A stretch of DNA of 64,000 nt from positions 6,246 through 70,245 of the forward strand of contig CAZIRD010000002.1 in NCBI GenBank assembly GCA_964541625.1, written 5' to 3'. Positions 37,199 to 46,109 of this stretch are shown here, piece after piece. The position numbers and the translations under genes were made by a program. The notes beneath the pieces were generated by a model that saw only the letters and a list, made by a program, of their open reading frames with translations, had not been told where the DNA came from and ran no database searches. Every line of letters starts with the position of its first letter. Position 1 is the stretch's first letter. This DNA is from an uncultured Acidibacter sp. (lineage in GTDB: Bacteria > Pseudomonadota > Gammaproteobacteria > Steroidobacterales > Steroidobacteraceae).

Positions 37199-38077
37199 AT
37201 GTTGACCTCGGAGTGCGGCCGACCGCGTTTGTTGACCGCCATCATACTCACATCGCTGCTCGCGCTAGGAGCCTGTTCGACGATGACCCTCGACGGCCGC
37301 CCGATCGACACGCGCTATCGCAGTCCCAACCACGATAGCCGGGTCCGCTACCTCATCATCCATTTCACCCAGCTCGACTTCGCGCGCTCGGTGACCGCGC
37401 TGACCCGCGGCGAGGGGCCGCGGCGGGTCAGCAGCCACTATCTGGTCGGCGTTGATCCGCCCACCATCTTTCGCCTCGTCGACGAGGACCGGCGCGCCTG
37501 GCATGCGGGGCAGAGTTTCTGGCGTGGCGACACTCAGTTGAATGCCAGTTCGATCGGTATCGAGATCGTCAACATGGGCGATGACGCGGCCGCCGGCGTG
37601 AACTTTGCCGATTACCCGCCCGCGCAGATCGACGCGGTCGTCGCGCTGGTGCGCGATATCGCCACCCGCCATGCGATCGCGCCGCATCGAATCCTCGGCC
37701 ACAGCGACATCGCCCCGCAGCGCAAAACCGACCCGGGCCCGAAATTCCCGTGGCGCCGCCTGGCCGAAGAGGGCCTCGTGCCCTGGCCCGATGTCGGCGC
37801 CGTGGAGGCTGCGCGCGTCCGTTACGAGACGGCCCTGCCGGGTACCGGCTGGTTCCAGCAGGAACTCGATGCGATCGGCTACGAAGTCGCCCGCCATGGC
37901 GAGCTCGACGAGGCCACGCGACGGGTGCTCGCCAATTTCCAGATGAAGTATCGGCCGAGCCGTTTTGATGGCGTGCCGGACGCCGAGACCGCGGCGCTGC
38001 TGGAGGTCATGAATCGGCCCGATGGCTGGGTGATCCGTAGCGGCGACGGCCGCTGGCAGCCCTATCGCGCCGACTGA
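37199..38077 (+). CDS. amiD: N-acetylmuramoyl-L-alanine amidase lipoprotein (AmiD/AmpD family, Amidase_2 + PG-binding domain)
   Basis: ATG 37199 gives MLTSECGRPRLLTAIILTSLLALGAC (lipobox). Motifs YLIIHFTQ, SSHYLV, AWHAG, IGIEIVN and GHSDIAPQRKTDPGPKFPW are present. C-terminal LDEATRRVLANFQMKY is a PG_binding_1-like repeat. Confidence 0.85.
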   Translation: MLTSECGRPRLLTAIILTSLLALGACSTMTLDGRPIDTRYRSPNHDSRVRYLIIHFTQLDFARSVTALTRGEGPRRVSSHYLVGVDPPTIFRLVDEDRRAWHAGQSFWRGDTQLNASSIGIEIVNMGDDAAAGVNFADYPPAQIDAVVALVRDIATRHAIAPHRILGHSDIAPQRKTDPGPKFPWRRLAEEGLVPWPDVGAVEAARVRYETALPGTGWFQQELDAIGYEVARHGELDEATRRVLANFQMKYRPSRFDGVPDAETAALLEVMNRPDGWVIRSGDGRWQPYRAD

Positions 38078-38086
38078 GGCCGCCGC

Positions 38087-40090
38087 TCAGGGGATCGCGT
38101 CGAAGGACGGTACCGCCGTCGGCGTCGAGGTGCCAGCCGCCGCGATGCTGCTGTTGCCCAACTGCTTGGCGGTGTTGTCACCCCAGGTCCAGGTCGTGCC
38201 GTCAGCAGCAATGGCCGCGGCGGACGACAGCCCGCCGATATCCACCGCGATGCCCTGACTGACCACGCTGACGGCCGCCAGCGTATTGCGCGCCGTGGTG
38301 CCGCCATCGCCCAGCGAACCGGCGTCGTTGGCGCCGGTCGCCCGCAGCAGCCCGTTGCTGCCGAGCACCATCGTGCCGCGCTCGCCGGCCGCCGCCTCGA
38401 TGACGTCGCGCGTCATGGCCGTGGCGACACCGATATCGGTGCTCGCGGCGGTGCCGAGGCCGAGCTGGCCATCGCCGTTCTCGCCCCAGGCGTACAGTCC
38501 GCGCCGCTGACTGATCGCCAGCGACAGATCGCCGCCCGCGCGGATGCGCGCAATCTGCGTCAGCCCGGTGCTCACCGGCACCCGGCTCGGCTTGAAGCTG
38601 CCATCGCCGAGCTGTCCGGAGGCATTGGCGCCCCAGGCCGAGACGCTGCCATCGCTGCGCAGCGCCAGCGCGTGGCTGTTGCCGGCCGCGATCTGCGTGA
38701 CACCGCTGAGACCGCTGACGAGCACCGGCGTTGCCGACGGGTCGCGCGTGTTGTTGCCGAGCTGCCCGAGGGTGTTCGCGCCCCAGGCATACACCCGGCC
38801 GTCGTCGAGCAGCGCCAGCGAGAACGCGCGCCCGGCGGCCACGGCGATGGCCACCCGCGGCAGACTGATCTTGGTTGGCGTGGTTCGTGACAGGGCGTCG
38901 CCGACGCCGAGCTGGCCGTTGTCGTTGAGGCCCCAGGCGTACACATCGCCGTTGTCGAGCAGCACCAGCGCGTGCGAGCCGCCCGCAGCGATTTGCCGGG
39001 CGGTGCGTCCGCTCGGCAGGGTTACCGTGCCGACGCTGTCGCTGGCCGCGCCCGAGGTGCCGTCGCCGCGCTGGCCGTCGGTGTTGTAGCCCCAACTCGT
39101 GACCGAGCCGTTGCTGCGTCGCACCAAGGTGAAAGTCGCTGCGGCGAGACCCGGCTTGGCCAGCGCCACCTGGGCCGCCGCCGTCGGCAGCGGACTCAGC
39201 GCGCCGGCAACGACGCGCAGGATGGCCGCGTTGCTGACGGCGCTGCCCTGAGCGTTGCTGATGAGCACGGTGAATTCGGCGCCCTCATCGGCGACCGCGG
39301 CCGCCGACAGACGCAGGGTCCGGCTGGTCGCGCCGGCGATGTTGCTGCCGTTGCGCCGCCACTGGTACTGCAGATTGCCGCCGGTGGCCGACACCGCAAA
39401 CGCCACCGGATCGCCCGCGACGACGGTCTGCGTGACCGGTTGGACGGTGAAGGCGGGCGTCGAATTGACCGTCAGGGTCACGGTCTGGCTCGCGACCACG
39501 CCGCCGGGATTGCCCACCAGCACCGTGAAGAGCGCGCCGTCGTCGCCGGCGGCCGCGGCACTCAGGGTGTAACTGGCCGAGGTGGCGCCGGAAATCGGCT
39601 GGTCGTCGCGCAACCACTGGTACTGCAGCTGTTCACCACTGGCCGTCACCGAGAGCGTCACCGAGCCGCCGACCGAAGCGGTCTGCGCGACCGGCTGGGT
39701 GGTGATGGACGGGCCAGGCTTGACCGTCAGCGTGGCCTGGTTGCTGGTCACCGAGCCTTGCGCGTTGCTGATGGTGACCGAAAACTTTGCGCCATCGTCG
39801 GCGAGCGCCACGGGATCGGTGGAATAGGTCTGCCCGGTGGCGCCGGCGATCGCCACGCCGTTCTTGAACCACTGGAAGGTGAAAGGCGGCTTGCCCGAGG
39901 CCCCGAAGTCGAACTTGGCGACCTGACCGACGAACGCGGCGCGATCCTTGGGCTGATCCGAGATCTGCGGCGACTCCGAGCCGGCGTTGGAGAGGCAACT
40001 GGATAGCAGCAGGCTCAACGCGAGCAGCAACAGGGTGGTGATTGCCCTGACGGAGCGGGGCAGGCGTTCGAGCGGTTGGCGCGGGTACAT
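38087..40090 (-). CDS. Surface lipoprotein: 3 Ig-like (I-set-type) domains + 7-blade RCC1-repeat beta-propeller
   Basis: Signal peptide with lipobox LLLSSC. Three repeats of the type F/YQW.(K/R).(N/D)..I.GAT....(Y/L), each followed by F(S/T)V...N. Seven RCC1 signatures: WGYNTDGQRGDG, WGLNDNGQLGVG, WGANTLGQLGNN, WGANASGQLGDG, WGENGDGQLGLG, GANDAGSLGDG, WGDNTAKQLGNS. Confidence 0.85.
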   Translation of the reverse strand: MYPRQPLERLPRSVRAITTLLLLALSLLLSSCLSNAGSESPQISDQPKDRAAFVGQVAKFDFGASGKPPFTFQWFKNGVAIAGATGQTYSTDPVALADDGAKFSVTISNAQGSVTSNQATLTVKPGPSITTQPVAQTASVGGSVTLSVTASGEQLQYQWLRDDQPISGATSASYTLSAAAAGDDGALFTVLVGNPGGVVASQTVTLTVNSTPAFTVQPVTQTVVAGDPVAFAVSATGGNLQYQWRRNGSNIAGATSRTLRLSAAAVADEGAEFTVLISNAQGSAVSNAAILRVVAGALSPLPTAAAQVALAKPGLAAATFTLVRRSNGSVTSWGYNTDGQRGDGTSGAASDSVGTVTLPSGRTARQIAAGGSHALVLLDNGDVYAWGLNDNGQLGVGDALSRTTPTKISLPRVAIAVAAGRAFSLALLDDGRVYAWGANTLGQLGNNTRDPSATPVLVSGLSGVTQIAAGNSHALALRSDGSVSAWGANASGQLGDGSFKPSRVPVSTGLTQIARIRAGGDLSLAISQRRGLYAWGENGDGQLGLGTAASTDIGVATAMTRDVIEAAAGERGTMVLGSNGLLRATGANDAGSLGDGGTTARNTLAAVSVVSQGIAVDIGGLSSAAAIAADGTTWTWGDNTAKQLGNSSIAAAGTSTPTAVPSFDAIP

Positions 40091-40132
40091 CGGGCGGATT
40101 CTAGCCCAACCCCGAGCTGATCGACGCCCGGT

Positions 40133-40810
40133 CTAGCCGAGGTCCGGCTTCAGCGCACCCAGCGCACCGATCGTGAACAACAGCACCCAGAGTACGACCA
40201 GTGCCCAGGTGCCCTTGCGCATCAGCAACGCGAACTCGGCGTTGTCGGCGTCCGTGGCGCGCCCCGCGGCGATGGCCGGCAGCGCGGATCGATAGGCCTC
40301 GCGGATGTAATAGCGCACGAACACGCCGCAGACCATGGTGCCCGCAAACAGCAACACTTTGGCGGCCAGCCACGGCGTCGCATAGGGCCAACCCGTGGCC
40401 AGCGACCACAGCGCCGAGCCGGCAAAGAAAGCGATCAGCAGGTAGCGTAAACGCCAGTCCCAGCGCGCGAGTTGCTGCCCCTCGGGCGCTTGGCGCCGCC
40501 AGTGCACGAGCCACATGAACCAGAACCACAGCGCAGAGGCGATCCACAGCAACCACATCGACACCCCGTCGAGCGGCGCAAGACCGAGCATCGCCGCCAG
40601 TGTGAAGCCGAGCGGCACGGACATGATCATGGCGTTGCGGACATGCTGGTCGACGTCGAGCAGGAAGTTCCACAGGCGCATACGCTCGGCAGCCGGCAGC
40701 GAGGTGGTGCGCGCGATGTAGTGGGTGAGCGCGTTGATCACGAGCTCGCTACCGAGCCAGTAGCCCATGACGAGCACGTGGGCCCATTTGATCAGCGCGT
40801 AGGACGTCAT
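40133..40810 (-). CDS. Hypothetical integral membrane protein (Trp-rich, ~6 TM)
   Basis: 225-aa ORF with hydrophobic helices throughout. No family recognised. Confidence 0.6.
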   Translation of the reverse strand: MTSYALIKWAHVLVMGYWLGSELVINALTHYIARTTSLPAAERMRLWNFLLDVDQHVRNAMIMSVPLGFTLAAMLGLAPLDGVSMWLLWIASALWFWFMWLVHWRRQAPEGQQLARWDWRLRYLLIAFFAGSALWSLATGWPYATPWLAAKVLLFAGTMVCGVFVRYYIREAYRSALPAIAAGRATDADNAEFALLMRKGTWALVVLWVLLFTIGALGALKPDLG

Positions 40811-40989
40811 GGGTTGTCGAGACCTCGATTGGACCGTACTCGGTGTGCAATATTGCGCATCGAGATTAGCAAAGCATCTGCATGGCTGGTGACCGGCCGG
40901 AGGTCGTGCTCGTGAGCAGGGAACATCCTCGACAACATCACGCTGCGCGCCGAGTCCGCGCTTGGTCAGCGCTTGCGCGGCAGTCCCTC

Positions 40990-41595
40990 ATGACCGGGCT
41001 GGCGACGCTGCTGGCCAGCCTATTGTTGGCATCGACGGCGTCAGCGGCGACGGCGTCGGCGTCGGCGACGACGGTCTCTGGCGCAACAACAACCGCGGAA
41101 CCCAGTCTGCTGCGGGTGGCGCTGATCGTGGAGGACGCCGCAGCGAGCATCCGCTTCTATCAATTGCTGGGCTACGGCATCGAACTCGACCAGACCAATG
41201 CGCGCAAACCGGAAGGCAACTTCTTCCCGCTGAACGTGCCGGCCACGCAAACGCGGCTGGTGATCATGGCCAGCGCCGACGGTCAGGGCGGACGCATCGG
41301 TCTCGTGGAGTTCACCAAGCCCTCGGCTACCGACAACCGGCGCGAGCCCGAGCGCACCGGCCGTGGCGATGCCGTGCTGGTGTTCGATGTCGCCGATGCC
41401 GAGGTAATCCACGGCAGGTTACGCGCGGCGGGCGTGCGCATCCTCGAGCCGCCGCAGGTCTACGTCTCGAAGAAACTCGCCGCCGACGGCTCGCCGCTGC
41501 GCGGCCGCGTGTTTCACGTTCGCGATCCGGACGGCTATCTCGTCGAACTGCTCGAGGCCCCGCGACCCGTGCGCGACGCCCCGCGCGGTCCGTGA
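40990..41595 (+). CDS. Secreted VOC-family (glyoxalase/bleomycin-resistance/dioxygenase fold) protein
   Basis: ATG 40990 gives MTGLATLLASLLLASTASAATASA (signal peptide). The body (VALIVEDAAASIRFYQLLGY...FHVRDPDGYLVELLE) is a VOC pattern. Confidence 0.6.
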   Translation: MTGLATLLASLLLASTASAATASASATTVSGATTTAEPSLLRVALIVEDAAASIRFYQLLGYGIELDQTNARKPEGNFFPLNVPATQTRLVIMASADGQGGRIGLVEFTKPSATDNRREPERTGRGDAVLVFDVADAEVIHGRLRAAGVRILEPPQVYVSKKLAADGSPLRGRVFHVRDPDGYLVELLEAPRPVRDAPRGP

Positions 41596-41612
41596 CCGCG
41601 CGCTGATACCGC

Positions 41613-44381
41613 TCAGGCCTGATCGAGCGCGGTGCGCTTGCCCGTGCCCGGCGGCAGGCAGGTGAAGGTGAGCGGTTGCGCAGCACTCGCCAGCTCGCGC
41701 AGCTGCGCGTCGCTGCGGCTGCCGCCGCCGCGCATGGCCCAGGAGCCATCGCTCTGCAGCAGCGCGCTGTAGGCGGTGCCGTTCACCGTCGCGCGTGCCA
41801 TCAGGTCACAGACCGGACGCGGCGAACTGGTCCGCGCCTGCTCGCGGAGCAGCGTGAGTCGTGTCTCCACCGCCGCCTCGGCACCGGGGCGCCAGGTAAC
41901 CTGCTGGCCGACCACCGGCAACAGGTCGGAATCGAAGGCCAGCACGAAGGCGATCACCTGACGCCGGGTGTCGTTGGCCGGCGGCGGGAAGAGAAACACC
42001 GGATCGCGGAAGAAGTTGTCGAGGGTGTCCACCGCACCGTCGTTGCTGAAGCCGAAGCCGCGGATCTGCGCCCCCGTGCCGGCACTGCCGTCGGCACTGA
42101 AACCGAACATGCCGGCCTTGGCATAGACGTTGCGCAACTGCGGAATCTTGAAGTTCTCGGTGATGCGACCGCCTTCGAACGTCATCAGGCCATTGGTGCC
42201 GAATTGTCCGGCGGTGGGGCGCAGGCGATGGCAGTTGTCGCAGGAGCCAAGCAGCGTGATCGGGAAGTTCATGTAGATGTCACGGCCGGCCGCTTCATCC
42301 GCGGTCAGCGAATTGTCGAGTGCGCGTACCGGGTTCGGCGGCATGGCGAGCTGCATCGCGAAATCCGTGAATGCCTGCATCTGCGCCGCACCGAGCGGCG
42401 CCTCGCGGCCGAGCAGCGAGACGAACGCCGGATTGAATTCCTTGAACGCCGCCTCTTCGAGTGTCTCGGTCTGGCCACGCACCGTTTCGCGACTGGTGCC
42501 GGTGCGATCGCCGCGCCAGTGCAGCGGACCGTTGCCCTTCATGCCACGCAGCGTCTGCGTGGTCATCGGTCCCTTCAGCGGATGGAAGCGCGGCGTGGTG
42601 CGCGGACTGAGCGGCAAATAGGCATTGGGGTTCAGCTGCGTGCGATCGTCCGGGTTGCCGAGGTCCCAGGCAAGCTGGTCCATGTCGCCGAACACGTGAC
42701 AGCTCGCGCAGGACACCGTGCCGTTGGCCGAGCCGAGCACGGCATCGTAGAACACCCCCCGTCCCTCGCGCACCGCCGTACTCTCCGGCGAGAACAGGCT
42801 GCGCGTCGACAGCAGCGCGCGGTTGCCCGTGTCGACAATGCTCAAAGAATGGCTGATGCGCGAGTACACGTAGAGCCGGCTGCCGCTGGCGTTGAGCGCA
42901 AGCCCGGCCGGGCCCGGCGGCACGGCGATCTGACGGCTGGCATCCGGCGCGTAGTTGCCCGCGGCGAGCGCAGCCGCCGGCAGCGCCGCAACCTTCGCCG
43001 AGCCGAACGCAGCGGCGTAGAGCGTGTCGCCGGCTGCATTGAAGACGAGCGCCGTCGGCTGCGAGAGCGAGCGGGCCTTGTCGGCGGCCGGCAGGCTCGA
43101 CCCCTGCGGCAGCGCGAAGTCGACATGCGGATTGAGATGCACGGCGCGCACGGCGGCCGAGGACGGCGTGATCAATGAAATGCGGCTCTCGGCGATGCGA
43201 CCGCGTACGCTGCTGTTGCCGCGCCGGCCCGAACCCTCGAAACGCACCTCGTTGAAGGCCTCGGTATTGCTGACGAAGACCCGGCCGTCGGCCGGATTCA
43301 CCGCCATGTTGAAAAGCGTGGTGCCGACACCCGCATAGCGGTTGACGATCGCGGGCGAGGCTGCGGTCGCATCGATCGCGAACACGTCTTCGTCCGGCAG
43401 CGTGAATTTCACCCGGTTCGACCAGTCATTGCGGGCTTCATCGCGCCATGCCGTGCCGTCGTAGCGCACGATCAGCCCGGTGGCCGGCGCCTGCACGCCA
43501 TCGGTGCTGGTGGCAAGACCGGGCTTCGGCGAATTCATCGCGTCGCGGTGCAGTACCGTGGTGCGATTGCCCGACATGAACGCCGCCGCATATACGGTGC
43601 GCCCGTCAGTGCTCACCGCGAGCGCACGCGGCACGTCCGCAGGCAGGGTGAGGACGGTCAGCGGCTTGCCGTTGAGCGAGTCATCGAGCTGCGCGGCATC
43701 GAACACCCAGAGGTCGGCGCGGCCCGTGCCCGGCGTCGTCAGCGAGGCCGAACTGAAGCCCGGCCGGTTCTGACCGCGGTTGGCAGCGGTGACGAACGCA
43801 CGCTCGCGCGTCGCACCAGCGAATACGATGTCGCGCGGCTCATCGCCGACCAGCAAGGTGCGCAGCACCCTCGGCGTGCCATCGAGACGCACCACGCTGA
43901 CCGAATCCGAGAGGTGGTTCACCACCCAGACTTCGTTGGCGTTGCGTTCGGCGACCGCCACCGGCTCGAGTCCCACGCTCACGCTGCTGACGAGTCGCAG
44001 GCTGTCGTTCTCGATGGCGTAGATCTCGAGACATCCCGCCGGGGCGTTGGCGACGTACAAGCGTTGGCCATCGGCAGAGAGCGCAAGCGGCCGTACCGGG
44101 CCGCTCTCGAACAGGGTCACGCTGCCCGGGGCCGAATCGGCGGTGACGGTGTCCACCGTGGTGCCGCATTGCAGCACCGGCCGCTGCAGGGTACTGCCGA
44201 GGCTCGCCTCGAGCGGCGATTGGGTAACCGTCGGGGTGGTGGTCACCGGCGCCGCCACGGCATTGCCCGTACTGCCGCCACCGCCGCCACCACCGCCGCA
44301 GCCGGCGAGCAAGGCCAGGCAGAGCAGCGGCGCAAAACGAGATGAGTTGGCAGACCAGGTAAACGCGCGTGGCGGATGCAT
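41613..44381 (-). CDS. Lipoprotein: N-terminal YVTN/lactonase-type beta-propeller region fused to a C-terminal di-haem cytochrome c peroxidase-like domain
   Basis: ATG 44381 gives MHPPRAFTWSANSSRFAPLLCLALLAGC followed by G8. Propeller-like repeats are present (DGQRLYVANAPAG, DGRTVYAAAF, SGSRLYVYSR). Two CxxCH haem motifs (SCASCHVFGD, SCDNCHRLRP) plus FKIPQLRNVY, which resembles the CCP/MauG PSLRNV motif. Confidence 0.75.
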   Translation of the reverse strand: MHPPRAFTWSANSSRFAPLLCLALLAGCGGGGGGGGSTGNAVAAPVTTTPTVTQSPLEASLGSTLQRPVLQCGTTVDTVTADSAPGSVTLFESGPVRPLALSADGQRLYVANAPAGCLEIYAIENDSLRLVSSVSVGLEPVAVAERNANEVWVVNHLSDSVSVVRLDGTPRVLRTLLVGDEPRDIVFAGATRERAFVTAANRGQNRPGFSSASLTTPGTGRADLWVFDAAQLDDSLNGKPLTVLTLPADVPRALAVSTDGRTVYAAAFMSGNRTTVLHRDAMNSPKPGLATSTDGVQAPATGLIVRYDGTAWRDEARNDWSNRVKFTLPDEDVFAIDATAASPAIVNRYAGVGTTLFNMAVNPADGRVFVSNTEAFNEVRFEGSGRRGNSSVRGRIAESRISLITPSSAAVRAVHLNPHVDFALPQGSSLPAADKARSLSQPTALVFNAAGDTLYAAAFGSAKVAALPAAALAAGNYAPDASRQIAVPPGPAGLALNASGSRLYVYSRISHSLSIVDTGNRALLSTRSLFSPESTAVREGRGVFYDAVLGSANGTVSCASCHVFGDMDQLAWDLGNPDDRTQLNPNAYLPLSPRTTPRFHPLKGPMTTQTLRGMKGNGPLHWRGDRTGTSRETVRGQTETLEEAAFKEFNPAFVSLLGREAPLGAAQMQAFTDFAMQLAMPPNPVRALDNSLTADEAAGRDIYMNFPITLLGSCDNCHRLRPTAGQFGTNGLMTFEGGRITENFKIPQLRNVYAKAGMFGFSADGSAGTGAQIRGFGFSNDGAVDTLDNFFRDPVFLFPPPANDTRRQVIAFVLAFDSDLLPVVGQQVTWRPGAEAAVETRLTLLREQARTSSPRPVCDLMARATVNGTAYSALLQSDGSWAMRGGGSRSDAQLRELASAAQPLTFTCLPPGTGKRTALDQA

Positions 44382-44539
44382 GCGGACCAAAGTATCCCGG
44401 CGGCAGTGCGGGCAGCAAGCACGCGCGGCCAGCACCGTCCGCAGCGCACGCGCTGTCCGCAGGGCGGCAGGTAGACGGGCCCGTGACAGCCCGTCGGTGT
44501 GCCGGGCATGAACTTTCCGGCGGAATTACCTAACCTTGC

Positions 44540-45352
44540 ATGCCTATGGACTCTTTGCCAACCAGTTGGTCAGCGCTCGCCGCCGTGGTGTTCCTGCTCG
44601 GCCTCAAGCACGGCTTCGACGCCGACCATCTCGCCACCATCGACGGCCTCACCCGGGTCAATACGCGCGCCCGTAAAGCCTTCGCGCCGTATTGCGGCGC
44701 GTTGTTTTCGCTGGGCCACGGGGCCGTGGTGGTGCTGATCGCAGTGATCGTCAGTCTCGCCACCACCCAATGGCAGACACCCGCATGGCTGGAATCGAGC
44801 GGCGTGTGGATCTCCATCCTGTTCCTCACGGCGCTCGGCGTGGCGAACGTGCACGCCGCGCTCACCGCACCCGCCGACGAGGTCGTGGCGCCGGTCGGCC
44901 TGAAGGGGCGGTTACTCGGCCGCCTCGGCAAGGCGGGTTCGCCTGCGCTGATCGCCTTCGTCGGCGCGCTGTTCGCGCTGTCCTTCGACACCGTCAGTCA
45001 GGCTGCGCTGTTCTCGCTGACCGCGCAGCAGTTCGGCGGTCTCGGCCACGCGCTCGCGCTCGGCGCACTGTTCACGCTCGGCATGCTGGTCACCGACGCG
45101 ATCAATGGCCTGTGGATCTCGCGACTGATCGCCCGCGCCGACGAACTCGCGCGGGTCGCCTCGCGGGTCATGAGTCTCGCGGTCGGCGGCGTCAGCCTGC
45201 TCATCGGCGGCTTCGCACTCGCCAAGATGACCCTGCCGGCCGTCAGCGGCTGGGCCGACGGCAAGGAACTATTCTTTGGCATGGCGGTCATCGTCGTGGT
45301 CCTGATCAGCTACCTGATCGGCAAGCGTCTCGCCCATTCGCCGTCGGCCTGA
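44540..45352 (+). CDS. NiCoT-family (HoxN/HupN/NixA) nickel/cobalt transporter
   Basis: 270 aa, multi-TM, with the H-x4-D-H signature ([15 protein letters not shown]) in the TM2 region and LGHG further on. Confidence 0.8.
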   Translation: MPMDSLPTSWSALAAVVFLLGLKHGFDADHLATIDGLTRVNTRARKAFAPYCGALFSLGHGAVVVLIAVIVSLATTQWQTPAWLESSGVWISILFLTALGVANVHAALTAPADEVVAPVGLKGRLLGRLGKAGSPALIAFVGALFALSFDTVSQAALFSLTAQQFGGLGHALALGALFTLGMLVTDAINGLWISRLIARADELARVASRVMSLAVGGVSLLIGGFALAKMTLPAVSGWADGKELFFGMAVIVVVLISYLIGKRLAHSPSA

Positions 45353-45395
45353 AGTTTTCCGCTGCCGTGGGCAGCCCCAAGACCGGAGTCACGCC

Positions 45396-46109
45396 ATGTC
45401 CCATCGTCCCGCCGTTCGCAGTCGCTCGTCCTTGACCCATCGGTTGCTGCTGCTCTGCCTGCTGGCGCTCGGCGCGCCGTTTGCGGCAGCGCAGGGCTTC
45501 ACGCTCGGCGCCCTGCCCTATCCCTACGACGCGCTGGCCCCGGTAATCGATGAGCGCACCATGCAGATCCACCATGGCAAGCACCATCAGGCCTATGTGG
45601 ACAACCTCAACAAGGCCGTCGCCGCCAATCCGGCGCTGGCGAACCTCTCGCTCGAAGCACTGCTGGCGCAGGTCTCGAAGAGCGGCGATGCCGTGCGCAA
45701 CAATGGTGGTGGCCACTGGAACCACACGTTTTTCTGGCAGTCGATGACGCGGCCCGGCCAGGGTGGCGCGCCCTCCGCCGAACTGCTCGCCGCCATCAAC
45801 CGCGACTTCGGCTCGCTGGATCAGTTCAAGACCGCATTCCGTGCGGCAGGACTGGGCCGCTTCGGTTCCGGCTGGGCCTGGCTGGTGGTCGGTGCCGACG
45901 GCAAGCTCAAGGTGACCTCGACGCCCAACCAGGACAATCCGCTGATGGATGTTGTCGCCGATCGCGGCACGCCGCTGCTCGGCAATGACGTCTGGGAGCA
46001 CGCCTACTACCTGCAGTACCAGAACCGTCGCGCCGACTACCTCGACGCCTGGTGGCAGGTGGTGGACTGGAACGTCGTCTCGCGTCGCTACGCGACCGCG
46101 GGCAGATGA
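45396..46109 (+). CDS. Fe/Mn-family superoxide dismutase (Mn-type signature) with an N-terminal signal peptide
   Basis: A ~33-aa leader ([34 protein letters not shown]) precedes a canonical mature N-terminus [15 protein letters not shown]. Metal ligands: [30 protein letters not shown] and NQD favour the Mn type. Confidence 0.9.
   Translation: MSHRPAVRSRSSLTHRLLLLCLLALGAPFAAAQGFTLGALPYPYDALAPVIDERTMQIHHGKHHQAYVDNLNKAVAANPALANLSLEALLAQVSKSGDAVRNNGGGHWNHTFFWQSMTRPGQGGAPSAELLAAINRDFGSLDQFKTAFRAAGLGRFGSGWAWLVVGADGKLKVTSTPNQDNPLMDVVADRGTPLLGNDVWEHAYYLQYQNRRADYLDAWWQVVDWNVVSRRYATAGR

Noticed and set aside
36158-38077. Long listed ORFs whose 5' parts are not genes (36158-38077, 9907-11706, 13354-14871, 14729-17047, 50958-52073)
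   Set aside because: Only the 3' portions carry family motifs, a signal peptide or an SD (AmiD from 37199, LysR from 10711, DUF374 from 14137, Dcp from 14885, DUF1838 from 51264). The upstream extensions overlap other real genes in other frames or strands.
38087-40090. Periodic DNA repeats that might suggest a repeat array or CRISPR-like structure
   Set aside because: The periodicity corresponds to in-frame protein-domain repeats (3 Ig-like, 7 RCC1 blades) inside one long ORF with a lipoprotein signal. There are no spacer/repeat units of CRISPR size or identity.
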